Below, piece by piece: positions 9,201-19,400 of a stretch of DNA of 64,000 nt. The DNA lies in NCBI GenBank assembly GCA_958295675.1, contig OY282360.1, forward strand, positions 658,026 through 722,025, read 5' to 3'. Position numbers and translations under genes: made by a program. The notes below the pieces were generated by a model. It searched no databases, was not told where the DNA came from, and was given only the letters and a program-made list of their open reading frames with translations. Source of the stretch: Minisyncoccota bacterium (GTDB taxonomy: Bacteria > Patescibacteriota > Minisyncoccia > Phycocordibacterales > JABAAK01). Each line of letters starts with the position of its first letter. The first letter of the stretch is position 1.

Positions 9201-9963
9201 GCACACCGTTCACATCAACCAGTGCGACAGTTTCAAAGTTGCTTCTGGAAGATAATCCGAATCGGCGCACTCTGATGCCCTCAATACGGACATCTTCATT
9301 GCCTGCTGTGAGCACAAATGAGGTGAATGGCACCCGCTGTGCGCCCTGCACGGCATATGAGTCGCCAGGCTGCTGCCCGGCTGTTACTGCCAACGATCCT
9401 CCGGTAACACTGACACGGGTCGTCGGAGTTGTCGGAGCTACAGGCACCGACGGCAGATTTGTTGTTGGCTGCGCGGTACCACACACATTATTCGCTTGAT
9501 TTCGCGTTGATGTGTAGAATCCGCCGGTTCCGCTCGTCAACCCAATGGGAGCCAAAATCTGCGCGGAGTGTAACTCCTGGAACTTACTGACTGCTCGAGC
9601 AGTCGCAGGTCCATAGTAGGTGGTCTCATTGCCGGGAGATCCAGCTCCTGACGAAGCCACCTGAGTTTGAGGGTTACCATTCAGGAATCTTTGCAACTGG
9701 CGGACGTCATCGCCAGAAGATCCGATGGAAAGGTTCCTTGCCCATGTGTACGGACACGCAGCATTGCTGCTCGCCGCCGCAACTGTCGCCGGCGGTGTTG
9801 TCGCGCCGCTAAGCGCGGTCAACTGTGCCGTTAGCGCGGCAAGCTGTGCCTGCAAATCTTCAACGCTCTCCTGTGCATGTACTGTCGCCGAAAAGGCAAC
9901 CGCAACAGAAACGATGAAGGCAATAGAAACCAACCCTACAGTTAATTTACTTGCAATATTCAT
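6265..9963 (-). CDS. Large secreted acidic surface protein with an N-terminal signal peptide and a PG_binding_1-like domain
   Basis: 1232 aa. Signal peptide MNIASKLTVGLVSIAFIVSVAVAFSATVHA. Motif DDVRQLQRFLN..YYGPATARAVSKFQ. Long D/E-rich beta-type repeats. Confidence 0.7.
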   Translation of the reverse strand: MNIASKLTVGLVSIAFIVSVAVAFSATVHAQESVEDLQAQLAALTAQLTALSGATTPPATVAAASSNAACPYTWARNLSIGSSGDDVRQLQRFLNGNPQTQVASSGAGSPGNETTYYGPATARAVSKFQELHSAQILAPIGLTSGTGGFYTSTRNQANNVCGTAQPTTNLPSVPVAPTTPTTRVSVTGGSLAVTAGQQPGDSYAVQGAQRVPFTSFVLTAGNEDVRIEGIRVRRFGLSSRSNFETVALVDVNGVQIGSSRSLNSRDEATLGGNFVIPRNRSITLVVVGNITNESSDLDSGAIAGLEVSEVIADAAVQGQFPVRGAAHVMSSSVQLQTASVRVKSVESEVHLDEDTEVASVRISLGGSGADEEDAYLRSLTLDQNGSADEDEIGDVTVYVDDDEVDHDVTVDGDRYVITFGGRGALIEESDSITVSVEMNTDRGTDETIRFYLDDVVDVYVVGKDYGYGLPVSLGSNERQIEGNSNVEGEVATIQPGEVSSGGRIRGFEDEVVYGDDRVLGALEVEFEGEDVEMEDLTFDVELSGFRYNTGNDNDWKDADEDEVVLRGLHLRVDGEKVAFADDDVEFSKPSSSNAITETVDFSDTFTVDVRGEREVVFEVVADLDEAWSQFDGADLQFTLTDVDSAEGVRSEKDYAGTGEYFASNRAFEQVDIKGNVVNFRISDRDVDDDSFVGGADDVVFGTLEIDADDAVDDVEITSAYLTFEASGGEAVDGSSNDNPANLDDLNDCAVYDGDDKVADSRSSLTGMADLGDDDEVGGTGGDADAPEDDQIRFRFDDYTVDSGEESYLQIVCSIDDNAKNGHKFQLKTEVRASDKDRIEYEIGRDDFEYDLESGDASDIIAVSGMGTLSVVSRDPDETLTAVAVGERGVDGVDILKIKFEAEQEDAVIQDVYLSGLTLPAGPTPVNRSAIERLLQSATLTIDGETTNADGGDFVGTLTDVDPGAGTVNVENALAFENVNETVRVADGDVNATIELDLHGIRDSQNSGKAGQYLQAAKLVVVWEGSESDTETVTAHTIPSGNVTSAVAFPSVPTVSASGNGDDNRYKRGNNQKLYEFEVTVPDDAGEVYLGQVTLSVTGNTSILSDFNLRRGSTGVDSIATGTLSGDNLKFSFADNKIQTIDDDGRPVKFLVTANVGGVPDDASITIDLVADNKPDADKQVGLEIGAAKTAHNFVWSPNSLDEDGMANSNNTDWFSGWSIFDAEDVSDWTFEE

Positions 9964-10229
9964 AATCGATTAGGAATTTACTATTACTAATTGAAATAAT
10001 AATTTCAATGGAGTACCCGCTAATTGCGGATACAGATCACACAAAAACAATAAAATGTGTTTGCTCTTCGTGTGATGATTATATTGTATACGCTCCGCAA
10101 ACAGTGTCAAAATGTGCTGTGGAAAAGATGCAATACAACGAAAAATATGTCCTGCTATCATAGACACCTGAACCGACCGCGAACAGGAGAAAAGTGATGC
10201 TGTGTGAACGATGTCCGCGGAGATAAAAA

Positions 10230-12407
10230 GTGTGTGATAATAAAAAGGTATATATGGCGCGCAAAAAAAAGAAAAAAACAATACTCCGTAGATGCGCTGA
10301 CGGGTATCGCACTATTCCCGAGCGCGTCCGGGAAATCATATTCGGCGGCATCGCGACGCTAATCGCGGTGTTTTTCACGCTGGTGCTCATAAACGCTGCC
10401 GGTTCGTTCGGCATGACTATACGCGATACGCTGTTCTTGCGCAGCAACGGTGATCCGGCACTGCTTGGCTGGAGTTTCCTGCTGCTCATCGTGTTCTTCG
10501 CGTTTCTCGGATTGTCTCTTATCGCAAACATTCGACCGATATCGCACCTTCGTCTTTGGATTGGCAGCATGCTCGGCTTTTTCAGTATCGCGACATTTTT
10601 CGCGGCGAGTTTTGATGAGACGGCGGGCGGCAGTATCGGCAACATCGTGTTCAGCGCGCTGCACAATGTGCTCGGCGTATTCTCGTACATCCTTATCCCT
10701 ATCGGCATTCTCGGGTCGCTCTACATTCTCACCATGTTCTCTCCGACTACAATTTGGGATTGGCTTACCAGCCATAGAAATGATGACGAGGACGAAGATG
10801 AGGATGATGAGGAATACGACGATGAAGAAGACGAGGAAGAGTATGATGATAACGATGAAGAGGACGGAGATGAGGATGAATACGACGATGACGAAGAGGA
10901 AGACGACGAATACGAGGATGAAGAGGAGGAGGAAGATGACCGGCAGACACACGGAACAGAGATTGCGGCATACATCCCGCCGCCATTGGCATTGCTAAGT
11001 TCAGAACGAGGAAAGGGACGCGCGGAAAATACCAAGGCGCAGGCGCAGACAATCGCCCGCACACTCAAAAATTTCAAAATATCAGTTACAGTTGAAGAGG
11101 TCACCGTCGGTCCGACCTTCACCCGTTACGCGGTGCGTCCGGCTGAGGGCATACGACTGTCAAAAATCACCGGACTGCAGCAAAATCTTGAGCTTGCACT
11201 GGCAGCACACCCAATTCGAATTGAAGCACCGATCCCGGGCGAATCGCTGGTCGGTATTGAGGTGCCGAACTCCGCTCGTGCGACCGTCGGACTGCGAACA
11301 CTGCTTGAATCAAGCGAGTTTGAGAAAACAAGGGGTGCATTGCCGCTCGCGATCGGCAAAACAATCAACGGATCAGTATTCGCGAAAAGTTTATCAAAAA
11401 TGCCGCACGCATTGGTCGCCGGCACAACCGGATCGGGAAAAAGCGTGCTGATACACAACTTCATCCTGTCGCTTCTGTTTTCGTACGGTCCGCGTGATCT
11501 TCGCTTTATCTTCATAGATCCGAAACGGGTTGAACTGACATTGTATAAAGGAATACCGCACCTCTACACCGATCCAATTACGGAACCGAAGAAAGCGCTG
11601 CAGGCACTGGTATGGGTGGTAAACGAGATGGAGCGGCGGTATGAACTGCTTGAAGAACGCGGTGCTCGCGGCATTATCTCGTACAACGATGCCATTGAAA
11701 ACGAGGAAGAACGAATGCCGTACCTCGTGGTAGTAGTGGATGAGCTTGCCGACCTGATGCAGAGTTTCCCGCGGGAAATTGAGGGCAATATCGTCCGTAT
11801 CACACAAAAAAGCCGTGCGGTCGGCATCCATCTCATCATCTCCACGCAACGACCGTCAGTGAATATCATCACCGGCGTGGTAAAGGCAAATGTACCGGTG
11901 CGTGTCGCGTTGCAGGTGGCATCCGGCATTGATTCACGAACCATTTTAGACGCAACCGGTGCCGAAAACCTGATCGGTTCCGGCGATTTGCTCTTCGGTT
12001 CCGCCGAAAGCAAGAAACCGGTACGGGTGCAGTCGGCGTTCATTGATGAGCGGGAGGTGAAAAAAGTCGCGCAGCACATTATACGGGAAAACGGTGTCGC
12101 TGAAAATCTGATTGATGTGACACAAAAACAAAAGGGCGGAAACAGCGGCAGCTTTAACACGGACGATGATGATGACGATCTGTACGCCGACGCGCGGGAC
12201 ATTGTTATAACAGCAAAAAAGGCATCCACCTCCCTGCTTCAGCGCAAACTGAAAATCGGCTATTCCCGCGCCGCGCGACTGATTGATATGCTTGAAGAGC
12301 ACGGTGTGGTGGGACCGCAAATCGGTTCAAAGCCGCGGGAAATACTGGTTGAAAATAGTGATGACGGATTTGATGACGAAATGGAACACGCGGAACGGAA
12401 TGAATAG
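10230..12407 (+). CDS. ftsK: DNA translocase FtsK/SpoIIIE with a poly-acidic linker
   Basis: N-terminal TM segments. Walker A GTTGSGKS. VVVVDELADLM. C-terminal gamma domain LLQRKLKIGYSRAARLIDMLEE. The start could also be the Met at 10254. Confidence 0.9.
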   Translation: MCDNKKVYMARKKKKKTILRRCADGYRTIPERVREIIFGGIATLIAVFFTLVLINAAGSFGMTIRDTLFLRSNGDPALLGWSFLLLIVFFAFLGLSLIANIRPISHLRLWIGSMLGFFSIATFFAASFDETAGGSIGNIVFSALHNVLGVFSYILIPIGILGSLYILTMFSPTTIWDWLTSHRNDDEDEDEDDEEYDDEEDEEEYDDNDEEDGDEDEYDDDEEEDDEYEDEEEEEDDRQTHGTEIAAYIPPPLALLSSERGKGRAENTKAQAQTIARTLKNFKISVTVEEVTVGPTFTRYAVRPAEGIRLSKITGLQQNLELALAAHPIRIEAPIPGESLVGIEVPNSARATVGLRTLLESSEFEKTRGALPLAIGKTINGSVFAKSLSKMPHALVAGTTGSGKSVLIHNFILSLLFSYGPRDLRFIFIDPKRVELTLYKGIPHLYTDPITEPKKALQALVWVVNEMERRYELLEERGARGIISYNDAIENEEERMPYLVVVVDELADLMQSFPREIEGNIVRITQKSRAVGIHLIISTQRPSVNIITGVVKANVPVRVALQVASGIDSRTILDATGAENLIGSGDLLFGSAESKKPVRVQSAFIDEREVKKVAQHIIRENGVAENLIDVTQKQKGGNSGSFNTDDDDDDLYADARDIVITAKKASTSLLQRKLKIGYSRAARLIDMLEEHGVVGPQIGSKPREILVENSDDGFDDEMEHAERNE

Positions 12408-12786
12408 CAATATGCGTATAGCAGCGATAGGCACATATATTCTGTTCGCCGTCGTTATCGCGTACGGCTTATTCAGATCACAAACAATACTGTTCGGACC
12501 GCAGCTGACAATTCTTGCTCCGGAACCGCATAGTTCAGTACCGCAGATATTCACCATGGAAGCAGTGACAAAAAACGCAACCTATCTGACCATTAACGAT
12601 CAGCGGGTCTATCCGGACCGAAACGGGTATTTTGAACAAGACCTCCTGCTGCCGACAGGATATACTATAGTGAAAGTATATGCGAAAAACAGACAGAGTC
12701 GGGAAAAAATTATTCACCTGCCATTATACATAACCCACCATGACAACAGAGAAAAAACCAACAAAGAAAACGAAGAGCAAAAATAG
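12400..12786 (+). CDS. Small membrane-anchored hypothetical protein, start overlapping the ftsK stop (atgaatag)
   Basis: [25 protein letters not shown].., a single N-terminal TM helix. Confidence 0.4.
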   Translation: MNSNMRIAAIGTYILFAVVIAYGLFRSQTILFGPQLTILAPEPHSSVPQIFTMEAVTKNATYLTINDQRVYPDRNGYFEQDLLLPTGYTIVKVYAKNRQSREKIIHLPLYITHHDNREKTNKENEEQK

Positions 12787-13792
12787 CGATACATCAAAAT
12801 CCGCTGACAAAAAAGATTCGGCGGCACTTCACAGTGCTCTGGCAAATATTAAGACAAAATTCGGCGAGGAATCCATCATGGTGATGGGTGAACGACCGAA
12901 ACAAAAAATTAATGCTGTTCCCACCGGCTCTATAGGATTGGATTTCGCGATCGGCATCGGCGGCGTGCCGCGCGGACGCATCGTTGAAATATTCGGACCG
13001 GAATCCTCAGGAAAAACCACGCTCGCGCTGCACATCGTCGCCGAAGCGCAGAAAGCGGGCGGGGTATGCGCATTCGTGGACGCGGAACACGCGCTTGATC
13101 CTGAATATGCAAAACGAATCGGCGTGAAGATAAATGATCTGCTTGTATCACAGCCGGACACAGGCGAACAGGCGCTGGAAATCACTGACTCACTCGTGCG
13201 CACGAACAGCGTGGATGTTATTGTCATTGACTCAGTCGCCGCGCTCACACCCAAAGCGGAAATTGAAGGCGACATGGGCGAGCAGCATATCGGACGGCAG
13301 GCGCGGCTGATGAGTCAGGCGCTGCGGAAACTGACAGCGATTGTCGCGCGCTCGGCGACAGTGGTCGTATTTATCAACCAAATCCGGATGCAGATCGGTG
13401 TTATGTTCGGTAACCCGGAAACCACGCCGGGCGGCAAGGCACTGAAATTCTACAGCTCGCTCCGGTTGGATGTGCGCCGCATTGCGCAAATCAAAAAAGG
13501 AGACGAAGTGAAAGGCAACCGCGTGCGGGTCAAAGTGGTAAAAAATAAGGTCGGCGCGCCGTACCGTACCGCGGAGTTTGACCTGATGTACAACGAAGGC
13601 ATCACCCGCGAGGGAGAACTTTTAGCGCTCGGCGAGAAGTACGGTCTTGTTGAGAAAAAAGGCGGCGCATCATATTCATACGGCGAAGAAAAACTCGGGC
13701 GCGGTTACGACGCGGCGCGTACCGCGCTTGCGGAAAACCAAAAACTGAGCAAAAAACTTGAATCAGAAGTACGCAACCATTTCCAGTCATAG
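12740..13792 (+). CDS. recA: Recombinase RecA
   Basis: [39 protein letters not shown]. Confidence 0.95.
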   Translation: MTTEKKPTKKTKSKNSDTSKSADKKDSAALHSALANIKTKFGEESIMVMGERPKQKINAVPTGSIGLDFAIGIGGVPRGRIVEIFGPESSGKTTLALHIVAEAQKAGGVCAFVDAEHALDPEYAKRIGVKINDLLVSQPDTGEQALEITDSLVRTNSVDVIVIDSVAALTPKAEIEGDMGEQHIGRQARLMSQALRKLTAIVARSATVVVFINQIRMQIGVMFGNPETTPGGKALKFYSSLRLDVRRIAQIKKGDEVKGNRVRVKVVKNKVGAPYRTAEFDLMYNEGITREGELLALGEKYGLVEKKGGASYSYGEEKLGRGYDAARTALAENQKLSKKLESEVRNHFQS

Positions 13793-13812
13793 TATCCGAA
13801 CGACACACTGTT

Positions 13813-14391
13813 ATGACAGCACTAAGTTACACAGATATACAGCAAGGCGTGTTCTTCAGGATGGACGGAGCGGTATATGAAACTGTTGATGCGGTATTCT
13901 CTAAGAAAAGCAGGCAGAAAGGATCAAATCAGGTCAGAATAAAAAATATCGCCACCGGTGCGGTAACAACAAAAACTTTTCATACGTCCGATGTGCTGGA
14001 AGATGTAACCGTGGAAAAGGAAGAGTATGTTTTTGTATACGCACGGAACGACGAAATAATAATACATCCTGTTGACAAACCATCTGAACGCACAAGCATT
14101 CCGTCTTCATCTTTTCCGAACAGCATACTGATACCGTCAGGTACAACGGTAACGGCATTGGTTGAAAACAACGAAATACTGACCGTGCGGGCACCGATTA
14201 AAGTTGATGTGTTGGTGAAAGAAGCGCCGCCGGATGTACGGGGCAATACCGCGCAGGGCGGCACAAAACGGGTCGTAACGGAAACCGGTGCATCAATCGC
14301 AACCCCGCTGTTCATAAAAACAGGTGATTGCATCAGAATCAACACCGAAACCGGCGAGTATACGGAGCGGGTTAAAATAGTCAATAATTAA
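13813..14391 (+). CDS. efp: Elongation factor P
   Basis: 192 aa with three OB-like segments. N-terminal KOW-like region GAVYETVDAVFSKKSRQKGSNQVRIKNIATGA. Confidence 0.75.
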   Translation: MTALSYTDIQQGVFFRMDGAVYETVDAVFSKKSRQKGSNQVRIKNIATGAVTTKTFHTSDVLEDVTVEKEEYVFVYARNDEIIIHPVDKPSERTSIPSSSFPNSILIPSGTTVTALVENNEILTVRAPIKVDVLVKEAPPDVRGNTAQGGTKRVVTETGASIATPLFIKTGDCIRINTETGEYTERVKIVNN

Positions 14392-14419
14392 AGCGTAAAA
14401 TATAAAAACATTGAAAAAA

Positions 14420-14447
14420 AGAAGTAATATTGTATAATAAAAATAGG
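14420..14447 (+). promoter_or_regulatory. Sigma70-like promoter (TTGAAA-16 bp-TATAAT)
   Basis: ttgaaa..tataat, followed by an aaggagg RBS before the 14507 ATG. Confidence 0.4.
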
Positions 14448-14506
14448 CGGGATTGAAATAACAATCTCACGAGTACCGTTTCACAAATGCAGCCAAGGAG
14501 GCAGGC

Positions 14507-14947
14507 ATGACAAATGAAAAAGGAGAGGGGAGAGGAAGCATTGTTAATCTGCATGCATACCGAAAACAGCGTGTATACCGGGAACTCATGAGTGCTGCTC
14601 CCAACGCAGAAATGCTCAATAACGGGAAGGTCATCCTCGTACCAGAAGCAATAAAAGGATCTTCTATCAATCTTCTCAAGGCAATTGTACAGCTCTTTGA
14701 ACTGGCAACAGTGAAAGCGTTCGTCATTGCTCACTATAACAATAGAGTGGGGATTCTGGTACGCCGTGACACGGGGATAATACCGGCTAATCATTCTGAG
14801 ATCAGAGCAATCGTTGGTGGAGGAGAGGCACACGATGCGCAAACCGCCAAACTCAGTAAGTTCTACTACTACTCCGGTACGAGCAAGGTAAGTGTACGGC
14901 AAGTTGCAGAAACAGTCGTACGATTGCTGGAGGAGTCAGAGGAGTAA
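14507..14947 (+). CDS. Hypothetical protein
   Basis: 146 aa ORF with a strong RBS and a clean intrinsic terminator downstream. Confidence 0.5.
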   Translation: MTNEKGEGRGSIVNLHAYRKQRVYRELMSAAPNAEMLNNGKVILVPEAIKGSSINLLKAIVQLFELATVKAFVIAHYNNRVGILVRRDTGIIPANHSEIRAIVGGGEAHDAQTAKLSKFYYYSGTSKVSVRQVAETVVRLLEESEE

Positions 14948-14965
14948 TTCGGTTCATTACCGAAA

Positions 14966-14997
14966 CCCGAGCGGTTTAAACCGCTCGGGAATTTTTT
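14966..14997 (+). terminator. Intrinsic terminator
   Basis: cccgagcggtttaaaccgctcggg followed by a T-run. Confidence 0.75.
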
Positions 14998-15018
14998 ATA
15001 ATGAGCAACAGGAAACAT

Positions 15019-15237
15019 CTACTGCCGCACATACGGCATCAATGACATAAACCGGGCGCGTTTTACCGCTTGTGTTACTTGTCTCTGATACCGAGCGGAT
15101 AAACCGGTTCGCTTGCGCGCGAGCACTTTCCCGTGTGCGTCCACAAAACGATCTAAAAGATGTATATCACGGTAATCAACATATCTAATGTTGTGCGATA
15201 AAAAGTAACAATCTTGTTTTTTTCTTCTCTGCATCAT
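15019..15237 (-). CDS. rpsR: Ribosomal protein S18
   Basis: YVDYRDIHLLDRFVDAHGKVLARKRTGLSARYQRQVTQAVKRARFMSLMPY. Confidence 0.9.
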   Translation of the reverse strand: MMQRRKKQDCYFLSHNIRYVDYRDIHLLDRFVDAHGKVLARKRTGLSARYQRQVTQAVKRARFMSLMPYVRQ

Positions 15238-15240
15238 ACG

Positions 15241-15705
15241 CTAAAACGGAATGTCATCCGGATTAATAGTCGCTTCAGGATACTCGGGTGCATCATCCTT
15301 CTTTTTCGCTGCTGTTGCCGGAGCTGCCTGCGGTGATGCCGGCTGCTGTTGCGGTGCGGCGGATGTTTCACCGTCACGGCGCGGTCCGAACTGCATTTGC
15401 TCACCGACAATCTCAGTTTTGTAACGCTTCTGCCCTGTCTCCTTATCATCCCAATTGCTGGTGCGGAGACGACCTTCAATAAACACCCCCTTGCCGCGGG
15501 AAAGATACTGCTGCGCGAGATCCGCCAACCGACCGAAAAGCACCACATTGTGATATTCAACCTCCTCAACACGCTCACCTTGCTGATTATTGTAATAACG
15601 GTTAGTCGCCATACCGATATTCGCCACATTCATACCACTCGGCAACTGCCGGACTTCAGGGTCGCGCGTCAGGTTGCCGTATAACATTACTTTATTTATA
15701 TTCAT
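15241..15705 (-). CDS. ssb: Single-stranded DNA-binding protein
   Basis: OB fold. Gly/Pro/Gln-rich tail ending in DDIPF. Confidence 0.9.
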   Translation of the reverse strand: MNINKVMLYGNLTRDPEVRQLPSGMNVANIGMATNRYYNNQQGERVEEVEYHNVVLFGRLADLAQQYLSRGKGVFIEGRLRTSNWDDKETGQKRYKTEIVGEQMQFGPRRDGETSAAPQQQPASPQAAPATAAKKKDDAPEYPEATINPDDIPF

Positions 15706-16277
15706 ATATTATATTGTGCCATACTCTTTGCGGCTGTACGGTCAGAATTGGATGGCTCGGTGTCTTTACTGTTCTGTTCAGGTGCAGGTGTGTCTTTCTT
15801 TTTCTGTTCACCCTCTTTCGCCGTATCACTGCTCCTATCTTTCTCTTTCCTATTAACCGGTTGTTCCGGTTTTTTCACATCCTGCCCTTCACCTTCTTCC
15901 TCGTCATCCGTGCCGGGAAGGCGTTCCCCGATACGGGTATCCTCGGCAACGGTTTCAATAATAAGAAAACGAAGAAATGACTCATCAGATTGCAGGTCCT
16001 GGCGCAGTGATTTGGCAAACTCCTGCGTCGCTTTAAACTTTATAGACCCGAAATACGATGTGTTGTACCGATTGTATGAACCGTCACCCTGACGCACATT
16101 ATGGCGTATCGTATACGCAAGATCCATGGATTTCAGTTCTTCAGTGTCAATCACCTCACCGCCGCGCGCAATAGTGTCGCGAAGCCCGGAAAATACTTTT
16201 TCCGCTTCTTCCTCGGATATATCAGGCACAACATGGAAACTTACATCGTATACCTTCTCCGTTTTCTTGTTCGTCAT
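15702..16277 (-). CDS. rpsF: Ribosomal protein S6 with a charged C-terminal extension
   Basis: Operon order rpsF-ssb-rpsR. N-terminal VYDVSFHVVPD..EVIDTEELKSMDLAYTI. Confidence 0.7.
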   Translation of the reverse strand: MTNKKTEKVYDVSFHVVPDISEEEAEKVFSGLRDTIARGGEVIDTEELKSMDLAYTIRHNVRQGDGSYNRYNTSYFGSIKFKATQEFAKSLRQDLQSDESFLRFLIIETVAEDTRIGERLPGTDDEEEGEGQDVKKPEQPVNRKEKDRSSDTAKEGEQKKKDTPAPEQNSKDTEPSNSDRTAAKSMAQYNI

Positions 16278-16388
16278 AATACGATTATAACACTACCATA
16301 CACAGCAGGCATTCGCAATACGACATTGCAAATACTAACCAAAAAATAAAAATCTCATATTGTACACCATACACGCACTCCGTTTAAT

Positions 16389-17450
16389 TCAGAATTTTTT
16401 CAGTTTTTGCAGTTTGCCGGATTCAACATCACTGAAAAATTCCTGAATGACACCGGCAAGCGGTACGGCGATGAGAACACCGACAAATCCGGCAATTGAA
16501 CCGCCGACAACAACGGCGAGAATGATGAGTACTGATGAAATGCCGACAACCTTGCTGACCACGAGCGGATAAATGAGCGCGCTCTCAAGCTGCTGAATGA
16601 TAACAAACACACCGATAACAAGCAGAACAAGCGTGATGTCACCGGTGGTCAGTGCCATAAGCACAGCGGGAATCGCGCCGATAACCGGACCGAAAATCGG
16701 TATCACCTCCATCAAACCAGCGAATACGGCAAGGAACAGCGCGTTCTGAATACCGAGCACAGATAGCGCGAAATAGACAAGCGCACCGACAATGCACATA
16801 AGTACCAGTTGTCCCTGAAACCACTGACCCATCTTCACCTGCGTACGCTTCCACAAATCCTCAACATACGCACGGTACCTGATCGGCGTGACAACATGCA
16901 GAAAAGTGTCAAGTGATTTCGGATTAACCGCGAACAGAAAAGTGAGCAACAAAAAGAGAATAATATTTACAATGCCGCCAAAAATGGACAGCACACTCGC
17001 GCCGGTCGACTTGATAAACGACTGCGCGAACTGATTGGAATCAGCGAACACGGCGGATAATTGATCGCCGGCGACAAGACCTTCAAAAATCGTGCCGTCA
17101 AACCAGCCGCGGACCACCTCAAACAAACTCGGCAGCGCATCAACAAACACCTGATATTGCTGTACAAAAATCGGAAACAGGGAGTATGCACAAAACGCGA
17201 AAATGATGAAGACGACAACATACAGAAGCAACACGGCAATCGGTTCCGGAATCTTGAATCGCATGAGAAACCGCTTACCCGGCGCGAGCGCGAGCGAGAA
17301 AACAACCGCGCTTATGACAATCAGCAGTACGGATTTAATTTCATAGAGAAACCAGCCGACAAGCAGAAAAAACAGTACCAATAAAACGGTTCCTGATGTT
17401 ATATTAACGGCAATCGGTTTCTCACGCATATCATATAGAGTGTAGCACAC
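16389..17450 (-). CDS. AI-2E family transporter (PerM/YdiK-like, UPF0118)
   Basis: 8 TM helices. MEVIPIFGPVIGAIPAVLMALTTGD motif. Confidence 0.8.
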   Translation of the reverse strand: MCYTLYDMREKPIAVNITSGTVLLVLFFLLVGWFLYEIKSVLLIVISAVVFSLALAPGKRFLMRFKIPEPIAVLLLYVVVFIIFAFCAYSLFPIFVQQYQVFVDALPSLFEVVRGWFDGTIFEGLVAGDQLSAVFADSNQFAQSFIKSTGASVLSIFGGIVNIILFLLLTFLFAVNPKSLDTFLHVVTPIRYRAYVEDLWKRTQVKMGQWFQGQLVLMCIVGALVYFALSVLGIQNALFLAVFAGLMEVIPIFGPVIGAIPAVLMALTTGDITLVLLVIGVFVIIQQLESALIYPLVVSKVVGISSVLIILAVVVGGSIAGFVGVLIAVPLAGVIQEFFSDVESGKLQKLKKF

Positions 17451-17473
17451 ATAAAGCGTGCGTGCGCTCTCTA

Positions 17474-19345
17474 TTATTCAACAACCACACCAGAACGATA
17501 ATCAAACGGTTCGGAGGTGATGCGTGTCGTAAGCTCAGAAATTGTACCCTTGAACACTTCATCCACAAAGGTGTCGCGCGCTTCATAGACCGCCTCATCA
17601 GCCAAAATAACTTCCTGACCCGCATCACGGGATGATGGTGTGAAGGCAACCTGGAATTCAATAGATCTGCCGGAACGCAGTCCTGTCGCGGTCATCGTCG
17701 GCACAGCAACCTGTATTGTATTCGTCTCCTCGTCATGCGACCATTCCTGCGCACTCAGTCCGGAAACCGAACCGGTCATCTCCACATCCCGCCGCAGCGG
17801 CACGGACAGAGAAACATTCGCGAGATCATTGCCGCTGTTCTTGATAAAGTACTTCAGAACATAGGTAGTCCGCTGACCGACCCTCGGCGGTATGGGACCT
17901 GAATTCTCTATTGTACTCGTCTGATACAGCGTAGTGCCGGTCGCCTGCAGAACGCTGCGTACATTGACCCGTCCGACCGCAATATTCTGAATGCGCTCGG
18001 TCTTGCCGGTACTTATACGCTTCGCGCGCGCGGAAACACGCACTTGCACATTTTTCTGAGGTTGGCTGAACTCAATCCGATTCGGCAGCGCGTTGAATTT
18101 AAATGAGAGAATACCGCTCTCGCCGGCACTAACCGACGCGAATGAGCGCAGCTGCTTCTTGTCCCACACAATTTCCCGTTTTACCTCATCAAAATAGCCC
18201 CTGTTGCTCCTGATACTGCTCTCATTCAGTCCTGTGCCGGCAATCTGCGCGGTAATAACTACATCCTCCAACTGCGCTAAATCCAAATTTGACCATGCAA
18301 TATCAACATCCACCTCATCACCGGGAGACACAATGATCACTTGCTCTTGCTCATTGCCGAACTTCAGCCCGATATCAAGAAACGACTTCGCTATGGTAAG
18401 CACAGCACTTTCCTCGGCAATAACAGTCGCTTCGGCAGGATCACCGGTCGGCACCGCGAACAAACGCGCTACAATGGATTGTTCATCACGCTCGGTTCCG
18501 CGAATCACGCCGCGTACTGTGATGATTTGCTCCTCATTCGGCTTCAGTTGTTTGATAGTCCATGAGGTCTGCTGTGCATCAAACGGTTCCGGAGAGAACG
18601 AACGCGGTGTGAAACCGGGAGGATAAGTCAATTGCACATATGATTTTGGAGTCACCTTCGCGGTATTTGACTGTATCTTCACAGTAAAGGTTATTTCTTT
18701 TCCCGCAACCGGATTACTGTACTGCGGCATACCGAGTAATAGCGGTGCGGTACGCAGGAGTACATCATAGGTCTCTTTCACACGGGTCGGTTGCATGGAA
18801 CCCTCCGCCCGATAGGTCAGGGTGTATGTTATAGTTTTTTTCTCCCCTGCCGTGCCATACAGTAACGGCACGACTGACCCGCTAACCACCTCACCGGAAT
18901 CAATAACATCCCAATTAAACATATCCCCGGTCGGACGAACGATACCATCACCCTGCTTCCGGTACGATCCGGGCGGATAATCAACCTCAAACGTCACATC
19001 CCATATAGGTACGGGATTTCTGTTCGCGATGCGTATGGTAAGCGGAACCGTTGAACCCCCCTCAACCACCTTCTCTCCCTGGGTCACAATAGTGATTTTA
19101 CTGGTTGAAACAGTCCGATCAATGCCGGCAATCCGCACGAAAGACGCTATACCAACCGCGGCGAGAAAAAAAAGGAAAGTGATAACAGCAAGAATCAAAA
19201 GATATTTGGACGCTTTCGGTGTCTCAACATCCTCCTTCCAGTCGGTCTCTAAATCTGACTCTTCCCGTTCCAATTTTACTTTCCTATCAACAGCCCGCCT
19301 TTTCGTGTTGTGATAAAGAATTTTTGAAACATCCCGTAACCGCAT
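17474..19345 (-). CDS. Membrane-anchored hypothetical protein with repeated beta-sandwich-like domains
   Basis: 623 aa. N-terminal charged region then a TM helix (YLLILAVITFLFFLAAVGIASFV). Repetitive T/V-rich domains. Confidence 0.5.
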   Translation of the reverse strand: MRLRDVSKILYHNTKRRAVDRKVKLEREESDLETDWKEDVETPKASKYLLILAVITFLFFLAAVGIASFVRIAGIDRTVSTSKITIVTQGEKVVEGGSTVPLTIRIANRNPVPIWDVTFEVDYPPGSYRKQGDGIVRPTGDMFNWDVIDSGEVVSGSVVPLLYGTAGEKKTITYTLTYRAEGSMQPTRVKETYDVLLRTAPLLLGMPQYSNPVAGKEITFTVKIQSNTAKVTPKSYVQLTYPPGFTPRSFSPEPFDAQQTSWTIKQLKPNEEQIITVRGVIRGTERDEQSIVARLFAVPTGDPAEATVIAEESAVLTIAKSFLDIGLKFGNEQEQVIIVSPGDEVDVDIAWSNLDLAQLEDVVITAQIAGTGLNESSIRSNRGYFDEVKREIVWDKKQLRSFASVSAGESGILSFKFNALPNRIEFSQPQKNVQVRVSARAKRISTGKTERIQNIAVGRVNVRSVLQATGTTLYQTSTIENSGPIPPRVGQRTTYVLKYFIKNSGNDLANVSLSVPLRRDVEMTGSVSGLSAQEWSHDEETNTIQVAVPTMTATGLRSGRSIEFQVAFTPSSRDAGQEVILADEAVYEARDTFVDEVFKGTISELTTRITSEPFDYRSGVVVE

Positions 19346-19400
19346 GCAATACAGTATACAGTATCAGGTACTTAAAAACGGTCGGTATTGTACAATACGC

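Noticed and set aside
10359-11122. Several 100-200 aa ORFs with Ser-, His- or Ile-rich low-complexity runs
   Set aside because: They are antisense or out-of-frame readings of the ftsK poly-acidic linker (GAA/GAT repeats).
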